NCBI GenBank assembly: GCA_050249335.1
Contig: JBFWQR010000007.1
Coordinates: 20,943-84,942, forward strand
Source of the DNA: Lautropia sp.
GTDB lineage: Bacteria; Pseudomonadota; Gammaproteobacteria; Burkholderiales; Burkholderiaceae_E
Reading direction: 5' to 3'
DNA length: 64,000 nt
Under the pieces are notes generated by a model. It did not search any database, had not been told where the DNA came from, and was given only the letters and a program-made list of their open reading frames with translations. A program made the position numbers and the translations under genes. Shown here piece by piece: positions 9,750-19,537 of this stretch (position 1 is the first letter of the stretch; the number at the start of each line of letters is the position of its first letter).

Positions 9750-10291
9750 CGCTTGACGGCCGCTTCCTGGAGGGCGAGCGCGGTCTCGCGCTCGACCCAG
9801 TCGCCGGCGGCGTCCTGGACCAGTTCCTTCACGTTGATCTCGGTCTCCGAGATCTTCATGATCCGGCCGAAGTTCTGGCCGAGGTAGTTGCCGACGCGGA
9901 CCTGGAAGATCACCTTGTCGGCCTCGAGCAGCGCGACCGGCCCCGTGCTCGGCCGCGACAGGTGGCCGACCAGCCGGATCGCGTCGAGCGGGTACGCCTC
10001 GAGCGGCTCGCGCCGCCGGTTCATGTCCGGCGTCAGGCCACCCTTGTTGCGATCGGCGAGCCGCGCCAGCGCGACCTGCAGCTTGGCATTGGAGAACGGG
10101 TCGATATCGGCGCGCGGCTCGTAGCGGAACGGCGCGAACCGCTTCGGCTCGGGGATCCGGCCGGTCTGGCGCGGCGCGGTGGCCCGGGTCTCGTCCATCC
10201 AGGCCTGGAGCTCGGAGACGTCGCCCGAGCATCCGGCGACCGCCAGCAGAGCGGCCAGCACGCCAGCGAGATTGAGCATGCGGATCTTCAT
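9746..10291 (-). CDS. pilP: Type IV pilus lipoprotein PilP
   Basis: Lipobox LAVAGC; RRREPLEAYPLDAIRLVG; VGNYLGQNFGRI; position in pilMNOP. Confidence 0.92.
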   Translation of the reverse strand: MKIRMLNLAGVLAALLAVAGCSGDVSELQAWMDETRATAPRQTGRIPEPKRFAPFRYEPRADIDPFSNAKLQVALARLADRNKGGLTPDMNRRREPLEAYPLDAIRLVGHLSRPSTGPVALLEADKVIFQVRVGNYLGQNFGRIMKISETEINVKELVQDAAGDWVERETALALQEAAVKR

Positions 10292-10947
10292 CGAGTGGCA
10301 CCCGGCTTCTTGGCCACCGCCGCGCGTTGCGCGTCGATCTCTTCCTTGTCGAGATAGCGGAAGGTCTTGGCGGTCGCATCCATCTCGAGCTGATTGGTCT
10401 TCGGCTGCCGCACGATCGAGAGGTTGTTCAGCGTCACGATCCGCGGCAGGTTGGCGAGGTCGCTGCTGAACGAGCCGAGGTCGTGATAGTTGCCGACCAC
10501 CTTGACCGCGATCGGCAGCTCGGCGTAGTACTCCTTGATCTGCACCTGCCCCGGCTTGAACAGCTGCAGCTGCGCGCCGCGGCCGACGCCGGCCTGGTTG
10601 ATGTCGGTCAGCAGCGCGTCCATCTCGGCGCGGCTCGGCAGCTGCTTCTCGAGCACGCCGACATACTGCTCGACCAGGACTTTCTGCTTGCGCAGGTCGT
10701 CGAGATTGACCGCCTTGCCGACCTTCTGGGTGTACTCGGCGCGCAGCTGCTGCTCCTGCTGTTCGCCGGCGTCGAGCTCCTCGAGCAGGCCGCGCCAGTA
10801 GAGCAGCCAGCCGGCCAGCAGCAGCGCCACCAGAATGCCGAACAGCAGCAGTCCCTTCGGCAGACCCGGCCACAGGCCCGGGTGGCGCCCCTGCAGCCCC
10901 TCGAACTGACGCGAGACCGCGCCGAGATCGAACGACAGATTTTTCAT
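10288..10947 (-). CDS. pilO: Type IV pilus assembly protein PilO
   Basis: KQLPSRAEMDALLTDINQAG, YYAELPI, LPRIVTL. Confidence 0.93.
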   Translation of the reverse strand: MKNLSFDLGAVSRQFEGLQGRHPGLWPGLPKGLLLFGILVALLLAGWLLYWRGLLEELDAGEQQEQQLRAEYTQKVGKAVNLDDLRKQKVLVEQYVGVLEKQLPSRAEMDALLTDINQAGVGRGAQLQLFKPGQVQIKEYYAELPIAVKVVGNYHDLGSFSSDLANLPRIVTLNNLSIVRQPKTNQLEMDATAKTFRYLDKEEIDAQRAAVAKKPGATR

Positions 10948-11678
10948 CGCGCGCTCCCCTGGCCGGCGACCGCGGCGGCGGCGGCGGAGTAGACCAGCGC
11001 GGCGGTGCGGCTGTCGGCGCGCGGCGCGTCCGGCCCGGCCCGCTGCACATCCAGGTCGGCCCGCTTCGGCTGGCCCGGCTGCGCGCCGCCCTGCCCTTCG
11101 ACGTTCCGCCGCTTGATCAGCACGTTCATCTTGAACTCGTAGGCACGCCGCACTTCGCCGGCCTTGCTGGTCGGGATCGGCTCCTTGATCGCGACCTCCT
11201 TGATCTCGTCGAGCTGCGGCCGCTCCATCCAGTCGCTTCGGTCGCTGAGGTTGCGCAGCAGCTCGGCGACCCGCTCGTTCGACTGGGCGAAGCCGTTCAG
11301 CGAGACCCGCATGTCGACCTGGTTCAGCTTCTCGATGAACACGCCCTCGGGCATCAGCTTGACCAGTTCGTCGAACAGGTGCACCGGCACGGTCCGGTCG
11401 CTCTGCAGGTCCTCGACCGCTTTCTGGCGCGCCTTGAGCGCGGCGATCGCCTCCTCGAGCGTCTTGATCTCGGCGATCTCGACATCGAGTTTCTGGATCG
11501 CCGACTTGATGTACTGGTTGCGGCTCTCCTGGTACTCGATCCGCTGATTGATGACGAAACCGCCGGCGAACGCGAGCACGGCGCCCGCGATCGCGGTGAT
11601 CACCATGGTCGAGACGAATTCGCGCTTGCGGCGTTCCCGCCGCATCTCGCGATGCGGCAGCAGATTGATCCGGATCAC
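10944..11678 (-). CDS. pilN: Type IV pilus assembly protein PilN
   Basis: MIRINLLPHRE, GFAQSNERVAELLRNL. Confidence 0.93.
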   Translation of the reverse strand: MIRINLLPHREMRRERRKREFVSTMVITAIAGAVLAFAGGFVINQRIEYQESRNQYIKSAIQKLDVEIAEIKTLEEAIAALKARQKAVEDLQSDRTVPVHLFDELVKLMPEGVFIEKLNQVDMRVSLNGFAQSNERVAELLRNLSDRSDWMERPQLDEIKEVAIKEPIPTSKAGEVRRAYEFKMNVLIKRRNVEGQGGAQPGQPKRADLDVQRAGPDAPRADSRTAALVYSAAAAAVAGQGSAR

Positions 11679-12757
11679 GTGTCGAACCTCCGCATCGCCA
11701 GGCCGCAGCCGACCAGCAGTGCCGGGGCGTCAAGGCGCATCTGCCGCTCGCGCACGCCGGACGCGACCTCCATGCCCTGGAACGGGCTCAGCACCTCGGC
11801 CGGGACGCCGGAACGCTCGCCGACCGCTTCGGCGAGCCCCGGCGTGACCGCGCCGCCGCCGGCCAGGAAGATCCGATCGACGCGGGTGTACGGCGTCGAC
11901 GTGAAGAAGAACTGCAGCGAACGGCTGATGTCGATCGCGCCCTGCTCGACGAACGGCGTCAGCAGGTCCTTCTGATAGTTGTCGGGCAGGTCGCCGGACC
12001 GCTTCTTCAACTCCGCCTCTTCCGGCGTCAGGCCGTAGAGCCGGACGATGTCCTGGGTCAGCTGGTTGCCGCCGAACGCCTGTTCGCGTTCGAACACCGT
12101 CTGGCCGTTGAGCACGACGGTCAGACTGGTCGACATCTGCCCGATGTCGAACACCGCGATGATCAATCCCTCGCCGTGGTTCGGCAGATAGCTGACGACG
12201 TGGTCGATCACGCTGCGGGCGGCATACGGCTCGACGTCGATGACGGTCGGCTTGAGCCCGGCCATCTCGGCGACCACGACCCGATCGTCGACCTTCTCCT
12301 TGCGCGACGCGGCGAGCAGCACGTCGACATCGTCGGGCGAGGTCGCCGACGGCCCGAGGATTTGGAAATCGAGATTGACCTCCTCGATCGCGAACGGGAT
12401 GTACTGGCTGGCCTCGGACTCGACCTGCATTTCATAGTCGTCGTCGCGCATGCCGGCCGGCAGCATGATCCGTTTGGTGATCACCGACGACGAGGGCAGT
12501 GCCAGTGCGGCCGACTTGGTCTTGGTGCCGGCCTTGCGCAGCGCGCGCAGCAGTGCGTCGGCGACCTGCTCGGGCTTCTCGACGTTGCCGTCGACGATCG
12601 CGCCGCGCTCGATCGGCTCGATGGCGTAGCGTTCCAGCCTCATCGAGGACTGCCGGCCGGGCGCCAATTCGACCACCTTGACGCTCGAAGCACTAAAATC
12701 GACACCCAGCAACGCCGGTGAACCGCGCGAAAACAGCGAAGGTAGCTTTAGCGCCAC
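11675..12757 (-). CDS. pilM: Type IV pilus assembly protein PilM (actin-like)
   Basis: LLGVDFSASSVKVVEL, AVFDIG, AFGGNQLT, LAGGGA; GTG start. Confidence 0.95.
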   Translation of the reverse strand: MALKLPSLFSRGSPALLGVDFSASSVKVVELAPGRQSSMRLERYAIEPIERGAIVDGNVEKPEQVADALLRALRKAGTKTKSAALALPSSSVITKRIMLPAGMRDDDYEMQVESEASQYIPFAIEEVNLDFQILGPSATSPDDVDVLLAASRKEKVDDRVVVAEMAGLKPTVIDVEPYAARSVIDHVVSYLPNHGEGLIIAVFDIGQMSTSLTVVLNGQTVFEREQAFGGNQLTQDIVRLYGLTPEEAELKKRSGDLPDNYQKDLLTPFVEQGAIDISRSLQFFFTSTPYTRVDRIFLAGGGAVTPGLAEAVGERSGVPAEVLSPFQGMEVASGVRERQMRLDAPALLVGCGLAMRRFDT

Positions 12758-12790
12758 AGGTCACCTGAAGGTCGACGGAAAATTCTAGGA

Positions 12791-12824
12791 AAACCGCTTA
12801 AAAATCATCCACTTAAAGCGGTTT
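12791..12824. promoter_or_regulatory. Inverted repeat in the AT-rich pilM/mrcA divergent region
   Basis: AAACCGCTT (12791-12799) ... AAGCGGTTT (12816-12824). Confidence 0.45.
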
Positions 12825-13079
12825 CATACAAACCACTTTAGATGCTAGCAACATCGAGTCTTCACTGTAAAGACTTTTGACCGCTTGGGAACCGGATGCA
12901 ACAGCCGCCGATCGCCGGGCCCGCCCCACTGGTCGTTTCAGCCAGAAGAACAGCGGTTATCGGCGGTTGAGCGGCAGATCGCAGCGACCGACGGTTACCG
13001 GCTTGCAACGCCCCTTGTCGCCGGCACGTTATAGTGGTCGGCAGGCAGTCAGAACCAGCGTCGTCGGGACCAGCATCAG

Positions 13080-15494
13080 ATGAAGGCCGATTCGCCACCG
13101 CCGGGATACCGGCCGCAGCCCCGCGAGGCCGCCGAGCGCAGGCGCGCTGAACCGGCGAAGGCCGCGGCACCACGCTCGCCGGCTCCGCGCTCGCCGGCAC
13201 GGCGCGTCGCCCGGATCGTCGGCTGGCTGATCGGAGTGCCGGTCGCGCTGGCGCTGGCCGGCGCGCTGGCGGTCGGCCTGGCGATCGTGCTGTCGGCGGA
13301 CCGACTGCCGACGCTCGAGGTGCTGACCGACTATCGGCCCAAGGTGCCGATGCACGTCTATACCGCCGACGGCCTCCTGATCGGCGAATTCGGCGAAGAG
13401 CGGCGCAGCGTGGTGCGCTATGCCGATTTCCCGCAGCAGATGACGCACGCGATCCTGGCCGCCGAGGACGATCGCTTCTTCGAGCATTCGGGTGTCGACG
13501 TCGCGGGCATCGCCCGGGCCGCGATCGCCAACCTGCGCGCGGGCGGCCGGGCCCAGGGCGGCAGCACCATCACGATGCAGCTGGCGCGCAATTTCTTCCT
13601 GACGCGCGAGCGCAGCTATACCCGCAAGATCTACGAGATCCTGCTGACCTGGAAGATCGAGCAGACGCTGACCAAGGAGCAGATCCTCGAGATCTATGCC
13701 AACCAGATCTTCCTCGGCCAGCGGTCGTACGGCTTCGGCGCGGCCGCCGAGACCTACTTCGGCAAGCCGCTGAACCAGCTGACCGCGGCCCAGATGGCGA
13801 TGCTGGCGAGCCTGCCGAAAGCGCCGGCGCGCGACAACCCGATCGTCAATCCGAAGCGCGCCAAGGAGCGGCAGCTCTATGTGCTGGCGCGGATGCACCA
13901 GCTCGGCTACCTCGACAACGCCCAGTACGAAGCGGCCAAAGCCGAAGACCTGCGGGTGCTGCCGGAACGCCGGTCGCTGCCGCTGCGCGCCGAGTGGGTC
14001 GCCGAGATGGCCCGCCAGCTCGCCTACGACCTGTTCAAGGACGAAGCGTATACCGCCGGACTCAACGTCTACACGACGATCCAGTCGGCCGAGCAGCGCG
14101 CCGGCAACGCCGCCGTCCGCAAGGCGGTCATCGACTACGACCGCAAGCACGGCTACCGCGGGCCCGAGTCCTACATCGAGCTGGGCGGCGACGCCGCCGC
14201 CCGCGAAGAGCGGATCGACGATGCAGTCGCGCAGGCCGGCGATGTCGACGAATTCCTGTCGGCGGTGGTGCTGCGCGCCGACGCGAAGAGCGTCACGGTC
14301 AGCCGCGGCCGCGGCGCGACCTTCGACATCGGCGGCGACGGCCTCAAGTTCGTCGCGCGCTGGCTCAATCCGAAGAACACGCCGGACCGCCAGATCCGGC
14401 CCGGCGCGGTGGTCCGGATCACCGACGGCCCGCAGGGCTGGGAAATCGCGCAGACGCCGGAGGTCGAATCGGCATTCGTCGCGATCAACTCCGACGACGG
14501 CGCGGTCCGCGCGATGGTCGGCGGGTTCGACTACAACCGCAGCAAGTTCAACCGGGTCACGCAGTCGATCCGCCAGCCGGGCTCGTCGTTCAAGCCGTTC
14601 ATCTACTCGGCGGCGCTCGAGAAGGGCTTCATGGCCAGCACCATCGTCAACGACGCGCCGATCATCCTCGATCCGGCCTCGACCGGCGGCCAGCTCTGGG
14701 AGCCGAAGAACTACGACGGCAAGTACGAAGGCCCGATGCCGCTGCGCACCGCGCTGGCACGCTCGAAGAACATGGTCTCGATCCGGATCCTGCAGAGTAT
14801 CGGCGTCGACTATGCCCAGGACTACCTGACCCGCTTCGGCTTCGCGCCCGACCGCAATCCGGCGTACCTGACGATGGCGCTCGGCGCCGGCAACGTCACG
14901 CCGTGGCAGCTCGCCGGCGGCATCTCGGTGTTCGCCAACGGCGGCTTCCGGATCCAGCCCTACCTGATCGAACGGATCACCGACAGCAGCGGCAAGGTGA
15001 TCGCGTCGGCCCATCCGGCGCGCGCCGGCAACGAGGACGAGCGCGCGATCGATGCGCGCAACGCGTTCATCATGGACAGCCTGCTGCGCGACGTCGTCAA
15101 GCGCGGCACCGCGACCGAAGCGAACCGCCAGCTCAAGCGCAACGACCTGGCCGGCAAGACCGGCACCACCAACGATTCGCACGACGCCTGGTTCGCCGGC
15201 TATGCCGGCGGCATCGCCGCGGTCGCCTGGGTCGGCTACGACCAGCCGCGCTCGCTCGGCGAACGCGAGACCGGCGGCGGTCTGGCGCTGCCGGTCTGGA
15301 TCTCGTACATGAAGGAAGTGCTGCCGAAGCTCCCCGAGAAGCCGCGGCCGGTACCGCCCGGGGTGGTCCAGATCAACGGCGAGTACTACCTGAACGAGAC
15401 GACCCCCGGACAAGGCATCGGCTCGCTCGGCGTCACCGAGGACGGCCTGTCGACCGATCCGAAGCAGCAGAGCATCCGCGACCAGATCTTCTGA
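13080..15494 (+). CDS. mrcA: Penicillin-binding protein 1A
   Basis: EDDRFF, GGSTITMQLARN, RQPGSSFKP (SxxK), SKN, GKTGTTND; divergent from pilM as typical. Confidence 0.95.
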   Translation: MKADSPPPGYRPQPREAAERRRAEPAKAAAPRSPAPRSPARRVARIVGWLIGVPVALALAGALAVGLAIVLSADRLPTLEVLTDYRPKVPMHVYTADGLLIGEFGEERRSVVRYADFPQQMTHAILAAEDDRFFEHSGVDVAGIARAAIANLRAGGRAQGGSTITMQLARNFFLTRERSYTRKIYEILLTWKIEQTLTKEQILEIYANQIFLGQRSYGFGAAAETYFGKPLNQLTAAQMAMLASLPKAPARDNPIVNPKRAKERQLYVLARMHQLGYLDNAQYEAAKAEDLRVLPERRSLPLRAEWVAEMARQLAYDLFKDEAYTAGLNVYTTIQSAEQRAGNAAVRKAVIDYDRKHGYRGPESYIELGGDAAAREERIDDAVAQAGDVDEFLSAVVLRADAKSVTVSRGRGATFDIGGDGLKFVARWLNPKNTPDRQIRPGAVVRITDGPQGWEIAQTPEVESAFVAINSDDGAVRAMVGGFDYNRSKFNRVTQSIRQPGSSFKPFIYSAALEKGFMASTIVNDAPIILDPASTGGQLWEPKNYDGKYEGPMPLRTALARSKNMVSIRILQSIGVDYAQDYLTRFGFAPDRNPAYLTMALGAGNVTPWQLAGGISVFANGGFRIQPYLIERITDSSGKVIASAHPARAGNEDERAIDARNAFIMDSLLRDVVKRGTATEANRQLKRNDLAGKTGTTNDSHDAWFAGYAGGIAAVAWVGYDQPRSLGERETGGGLALPVWISYMKEVLPKLPEKPRPVPPGVVQINGEYYLNETTPGQGIGSLGVTEDGLSTDPKQQSIRDQIF

Positions 15495-15601
15495 GCGACC
15501 GGGGCCTGCCTCCCGTGGATCGACAGCGCCCCGGAACCGGGTGCCCGGTGGGGTATCTGGCCGGGGGTGTCCGGTCGAGGTGCCTGGCCGGGCCGCCGGA
15601 A

Positions 15602-15943
15602 TCAGAGCTCGACTGCGTCGAGCGCGATCGGCACGCCGGCCTGATCGCTCAGCCGTGCGCTCAGCGAGGCGATCAGGTCGCTGCTGCTGCGGGTATCGCA
15701 CCAGCGGCCGTCCGGCAACGGCTTGAAGTGATAGCCGCCCGATCGCGCCGCGACCCAGATCTCGCCGGCGGCTTCGTGGCTGTTGATCACGATCCTGGAG
15801 CCATCGTCGAATTCGACTTCGATGACGTTGTCGGTCCGCGCGACCTCGAGGTCGACGCCGGCGCGCTCGGCCGCGCGCTCGATGCCGGCTTCGAGTCGGT
15901 CGAGCGCGGTGGCGGCACGCTGCGCGAAGGGCTGACCGGTCAT
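15602..15943 (-). CDS. cyaY: Iron donor protein CyaY (frataxin)
   Basis: IVINSHEAAGEIWVAARSGGYHF. Confidence 0.9.
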   Translation of the reverse strand: MTGQPFAQRAATALDRLEAGIERAAERAGVDLEVARTDNVIEVEFDDGSRIVINSHEAAGEIWVAARSGGYHFKPLPDGRWCDTRSSSDLIASLSARLSDQAGVPIALDAVEL

Positions 15944-16057
15944 CGGAATAGGCTCCTGTCGGAGGCGCCGGACGACAACGTGCCCGGCGCCGTTGTACGA
16001 TCGGCCGTCCATCGCGCGCCCATTTCCATTCCGACAGACTCGTGGACTACCTGACCA

Positions 16058-16258
16058 ATGCCTCCGATTCTACCGATTGCCGTCGTCGCCGCCGCGCTGT
16101 CGGTCGCCGGCTGCGGCCAGAAAGGCCCGCTCTACCTGCCGAGCGGCGCCGCCGAACCGCCCGCTGCCGAGGAGCGCGCGCCCGCGTCGCTGCCGCCCGG
16201 TGCGCAATCCCCGGCCGACGAACTGCCGGGCCGCGACGCGAGCCGCCGCAGCCAATGA
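16058..16258 (+). CDS. Small lipoprotein LptM/YifL family
   Basis: Lipobox VAGC followed by GQKGPLYLP; directly upstream of lysA. Confidence 0.85.
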   Translation: MPPILPIAVVAAALSVAGCGQKGPLYLPSGAAEPPAAEERAPASLPPGAQSPADELPGRDASRRSQ

Positions 16259-16322
16259 CGCCGCAGTCAATGACGCCGCAGCCGATGACCATGCAGCCGA
16301 TTGCGCGGCAGCCGATGCTGCC
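16248..16322 (+). repeat. Five degenerate 15-bp tandem repeats between the lipoprotein gene and lysA
   Basis: gcagccaatgacgcc, gcagtcaatgacgcc, gcagccgatgaccat, gcagccgattgcgcg, gcagccgatgctgcc. Confidence 0.8.
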
Positions 16323-16334
16323 GCGGGCCGAACG

Positions 16335-17627
16335 ATGAGCAGCCACGACGCGGCCGCGATCGCCGGCCCCTGGCTGAGCCGCAACGCCGATGGCCGGCTG
16401 CTCGCCGACGGCCTCGACCTCGAGCAGCTGGCGCAGCGCTTCGGCACGCCGCTCTACCTCTATTCGCGCGCGCAGATCGAAGCGACCTGGGAACAGTTCC
16501 GGCTCGCGATCAAGGGACACCATGCCCGCGTCTGCTATGCATTGAAGGCCAACAGCAATCTCGCGATCGTCGAGCTGATGAAATCGCTCGGCTGCGGGTT
16601 CGACATCGTCTCGGGCGGTGAGCTCGAGCGCGTCGTCGCCGCCGGCGGCGATCCCGGCGACGTGCTGTTCTCCGGCGTCGGCAAGACGGTGGCCGAACTG
16701 ACGCGCGCGCTGGAGCTCGGCGTGCGCTGCTTCAACGTCGAATCGCTGGCCGAGCTCGATCGGCTCGACGAGATCGCCGGCCGCGTCGGCAAGCGCGCAC
16801 CGGTCTCGCTGCGGATCAACCCCGACGTCGACGCGGCAACCCATCCGTACATCTCGACCGGCCTCAAGGAGAACAAGTTCGGCATCGCCTACGGTGACGC
16901 GGCCGAGGCCTACCTCCGGGCGGCGGCGCTGCCGAATCTGGAAGTGGTCGGCATCGATTGCCACATCGGCTCGCAGATCGTCGAGGTCGCGCCGTTCCTC
17001 GCGGCGCTCGACCGGGTGCTGGCGCTGGTCGACCAGCTGGCCCGCGCCGGCATCACGCTGCGCCATCTCGACCTCGGCGGCGGCCTCGGCATCCGCTACG
17101 ACGACGAGCAGCCGCCGGCGCCGGCCGAGCTGATGCAGGCGCTGTTCGCCCGCATCGAGCAATGGAGCAGCGGCGAGCCGCCGGAGGTGCTGTTCGAGTT
17201 CGGCCGTGCGCTGGTCGGCAATGCCGGCGTGCTGCTGACGCGGGTCGAACTGCTGAAGCACAATGGCGACCGCCGGTTCGCCGTCGTCGATGCGGCGATG
17301 AACGATCTGCTGCGGCCGTCGCTCTATCAGGCCTACCACCGGATCGAACCGGTGCAGGTCCGCGACGGCGCCGGCGCCAGCTACGACATCGTCGGCCCGG
17401 TCTGCGAATCGGGGGACTGGCTCGGTCGCGACCGCAAGCTCGTGCTCGCGCCCGGCGACCTGCTGGCGGTCCTTTCGGCCGGCGCCTACGGCATGGCGAT
17501 GAGCTCGAACTACAACACCCGGCCGCGCGCCGCCGAAGTACTGATCGACCGTGGCACGCCGGTGCTGATTCGCGAACGCGAAACGGTCGCGGCGCTGTTC
17601 GCCGGCGAGCGGCGGCTGCCGGGTTGA
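16335..17627 (+). CDS. lysA: Diaminopimelate decarboxylase
   Basis: CYALKANSN, FDIVSGGEL, CHIGSQ, LDLGGGLG, GPVCESGD, SSNYNTRPR. Confidence 0.95.
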   Translation: MSSHDAAAIAGPWLSRNADGRLLADGLDLEQLAQRFGTPLYLYSRAQIEATWEQFRLAIKGHHARVCYALKANSNLAIVELMKSLGCGFDIVSGGELERVVAAGGDPGDVLFSGVGKTVAELTRALELGVRCFNVESLAELDRLDEIAGRVGKRAPVSLRINPDVDAATHPYISTGLKENKFGIAYGDAAEAYLRAAALPNLEVVGIDCHIGSQIVEVAPFLAALDRVLALVDQLARAGITLRHLDLGGGLGIRYDDEQPPAPAELMQALFARIEQWSSGEPPEVLFEFGRALVGNAGVLLTRVELLKHNGDRRFAVVDAAMNDLLRPSLYQAYHRIEPVQVRDGAGASYDIVGPVCESGDWLGRDRKLVLAPGDLLAVLSAGAYGMAMSSNYNTRPRAAEVLIDRGTPVLIRERETVAALFAGERRLPG

Positions 17628-17779
17628 CGACCGCGACGGGCCGTCGCGCGCTCGCGAAAACGCCAGCAGACCGCCCCCGGTTTGCCCAGCCTCCACGGTA
17701 GACCCGACTCGTCAGCGGCGGGTCCGGGGGCGCTCGGGCAGGCGCTGGTCTCGAACAGCGCCCGCTCGAATTTGTATCT

Positions 17780-17809
17780 TGTTGACACGGAGTGCAACAT
17801 GCCTATCAT
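17780..17809 (+). promoter_or_regulatory. Sigma70-like promoter with overlapping dyad upstream of peptide ABC operon
   Basis: TTGACA (17782-17787) N16 TATCAT (17804-17809); TGTTG-N10-CAACA dyad spanning the -35. Confidence 0.6.
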
Positions 17810-17920
17810 CGCCACGACCCGTCGCGCCGCTGCACGACTCATCGCGCCGCCAGAGCGCAGCGCATCTCCCGCGCGCTCGCAGCGCGCTCTGGCAGACCGA
17901 CCACCGTGAGGAACCCGCCC

Positions 17921-19501
17921 ATGTCGCCGAGCAATGCCATCTCCGTCTGTCGAGGCCTTTCCGCGCTGCTGCTCGGCGCATGTGGTCTGCTTCTCCCTGC
18001 CCAGGCATCGGCCCAGGCGCTGGCGGCGCAGCAGGTGGTGCGGTTCGGCCTGGGGGTCGACGACATCCGCACGGTCGACCCCCAGATCGCGACCAGCGTC
18101 GGCGAGTCGCCGATCATCGAGTTCGTCTACGAGAGCCTGGCGAGATTCCCCGAGGGCGTGATCGACCCTGCCCGGATCGAGCCGAGTCTGGCGGAGTCCT
18201 GGTCGATGACGCCCGACGGTCGCAGCTGGACCTTCAAGCTGCGCAAGGGCGTCAAGTGGCACGGCAACCACGGCGATTTCACCGCGGACGACGTGATCTA
18301 CTCGCTCGATCGCCTCAAGGATCCGAAGACCGCGTCGCCCTTCACCGCGAACCTCGGGCTGATCGAGAAAGCGGAGAAGATCGACGATCACACGGTGCGC
18401 CTGACCACGAAGCGCCCGGAAGCCAACCTGCCCGCGCTGCTGGTCGGCTCCAACCGCGCTTACGTGGTCTCGAAGGCGGCCGTGAGCGCCGGTGTGGATC
18501 TGCGCACCCAGCCGGTCGGCACCGGACCGTTCCAGGTCTCCGAGTATCGGCCGCGCGAGTCGTTCATCCTCGTGCGCAACGAGAACTACTGGCAGGGCAA
18601 GCCGATCATCGAACGGATCGTCGCGCAGTTCATGTCCAACGCCAGCACCCGGGAGCTGGCGCTGCGCAGCGGCGACGTCCATGCCATCGAGATCGCGGCA
18701 AGCCAGGACGTCATCGAACGGATGCGCCGCGCCAAGATGCACGTCGATCTGACCGTCCCGGCCAACGCGTTCATGCTGTACTTCAACCCGACCATCAAGC
18801 CGTTCGATGACATCCGGGTGCGACGCGCGCTTTCGCACGCGGTCGACCGCCGGGCCATGCTCAAGTTCATGGGCGACGAAGTCTCCATCGAAGAGACGAG
18901 CCCGCTGCCGATCGGCTACCTCGGGCATGCCAAGGACGTGCCGAGCTATCCGTACGACCCGGCCAAGGCCAAGTCGCTGCTCGCCGAAGCCGGCTTTCCG
19001 GAAGGCTTCAGCGCGACGCTGCCGGTCAGCAACAACAACATCTATCTGCCGCCGATGCAGATCATCCAGGAGCAGTGGCGCAAGCTCGGCGTGAACCTGA
19101 CGCTCAACGTGGTGGACCACCCGACCTATCACCGGCTGATCCGCCAGAACGTCAGCCCGGTGGTGATCTACGGGGCCTATCGCTACCCGATGGACGGCAT
19201 CCGCTACCTGGACGAGTTCTGGCTGTCCTCGTCGATCATCGGCACGCCGACCGCGGTCACCAACTTCTCCCACTATCGCGCCGTCGATTCGATGCTGGAA
19301 GCCGCGCGCACCGAGACCGATCTCGGCAAGCGCAACGGGTACTGGGAACAGGCTCAGCGGAAAATCATGGAGGATGCCATGGCCGTCCCGCTGTTCACCC
19401 GGACCTACGCGATGGCGCGCAGTCCCAAGCTGGACGTCGGTCACGCGCAGAAGAGCTACACGTTCTATACGTTGTCGAAGGACTCGCGCCTGCTGCGCTG
19501 A
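17921..19501 (+). CDS. Peptide/nickel ABC transporter substrate-binding protein (family 5)
   Basis: Signal peptide; PSLAESWSM..DGRSWTFKLRKGVKWH, FTADDVIYS, VGTGPF. Confidence 0.92.
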   Translation: MSPSNAISVCRGLSALLLGACGLLLPAQASAQALAAQQVVRFGLGVDDIRTVDPQIATSVGESPIIEFVYESLARFPEGVIDPARIEPSLAESWSMTPDGRSWTFKLRKGVKWHGNHGDFTADDVIYSLDRLKDPKTASPFTANLGLIEKAEKIDDHTVRLTTKRPEANLPALLVGSNRAYVVSKAAVSAGVDLRTQPVGTGPFQVSEYRPRESFILVRNENYWQGKPIIERIVAQFMSNASTRELALRSGDVHAIEIAASQDVIERMRRAKMHVDLTVPANAFMLYFNPTIKPFDDIRVRRALSHAVDRRAMLKFMGDEVSIEETSPLPIGYLGHAKDVPSYPYDPAKAKSLLAEAGFPEGFSATLPVSNNNIYLPPMQIIQEQWRKLGVNLTLNVVDHPTYHRLIRQNVSPVVIYGAYRYPMDGIRYLDEFWLSSSIIGTPTAVTNFSHYRAVDSMLEAARTETDLGKRNGYWEQAQRKIMEDAMAVPLFTRTYAMARSPKLDVGHAQKSYTFYTLSKDSRLLR

Positions 19502-19537
19502 CCGCGCCGCTCCCGGAACCGTTCGGATCGGCGCGCG

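Noticed and set aside
4752-9887. 1711-aa plus-strand ORF
   Set aside because: Antisense shadow of real minus-strand genes; no recognisable motifs; long stop-free antisense frames are expected at this GC content.
9750-10379. Extra 210 N-terminal codons of the 1105-aa ORF
   Set aside because: Overlaps pilP in another frame; the real start is the ATGA-coupled ATG at 9749.
15495-15601. GC-rich quasi-repeats between mrcA and cyaY
   Set aside because: No clean period or perfect stem could be defined; likely ordinary terminator-region sequence.
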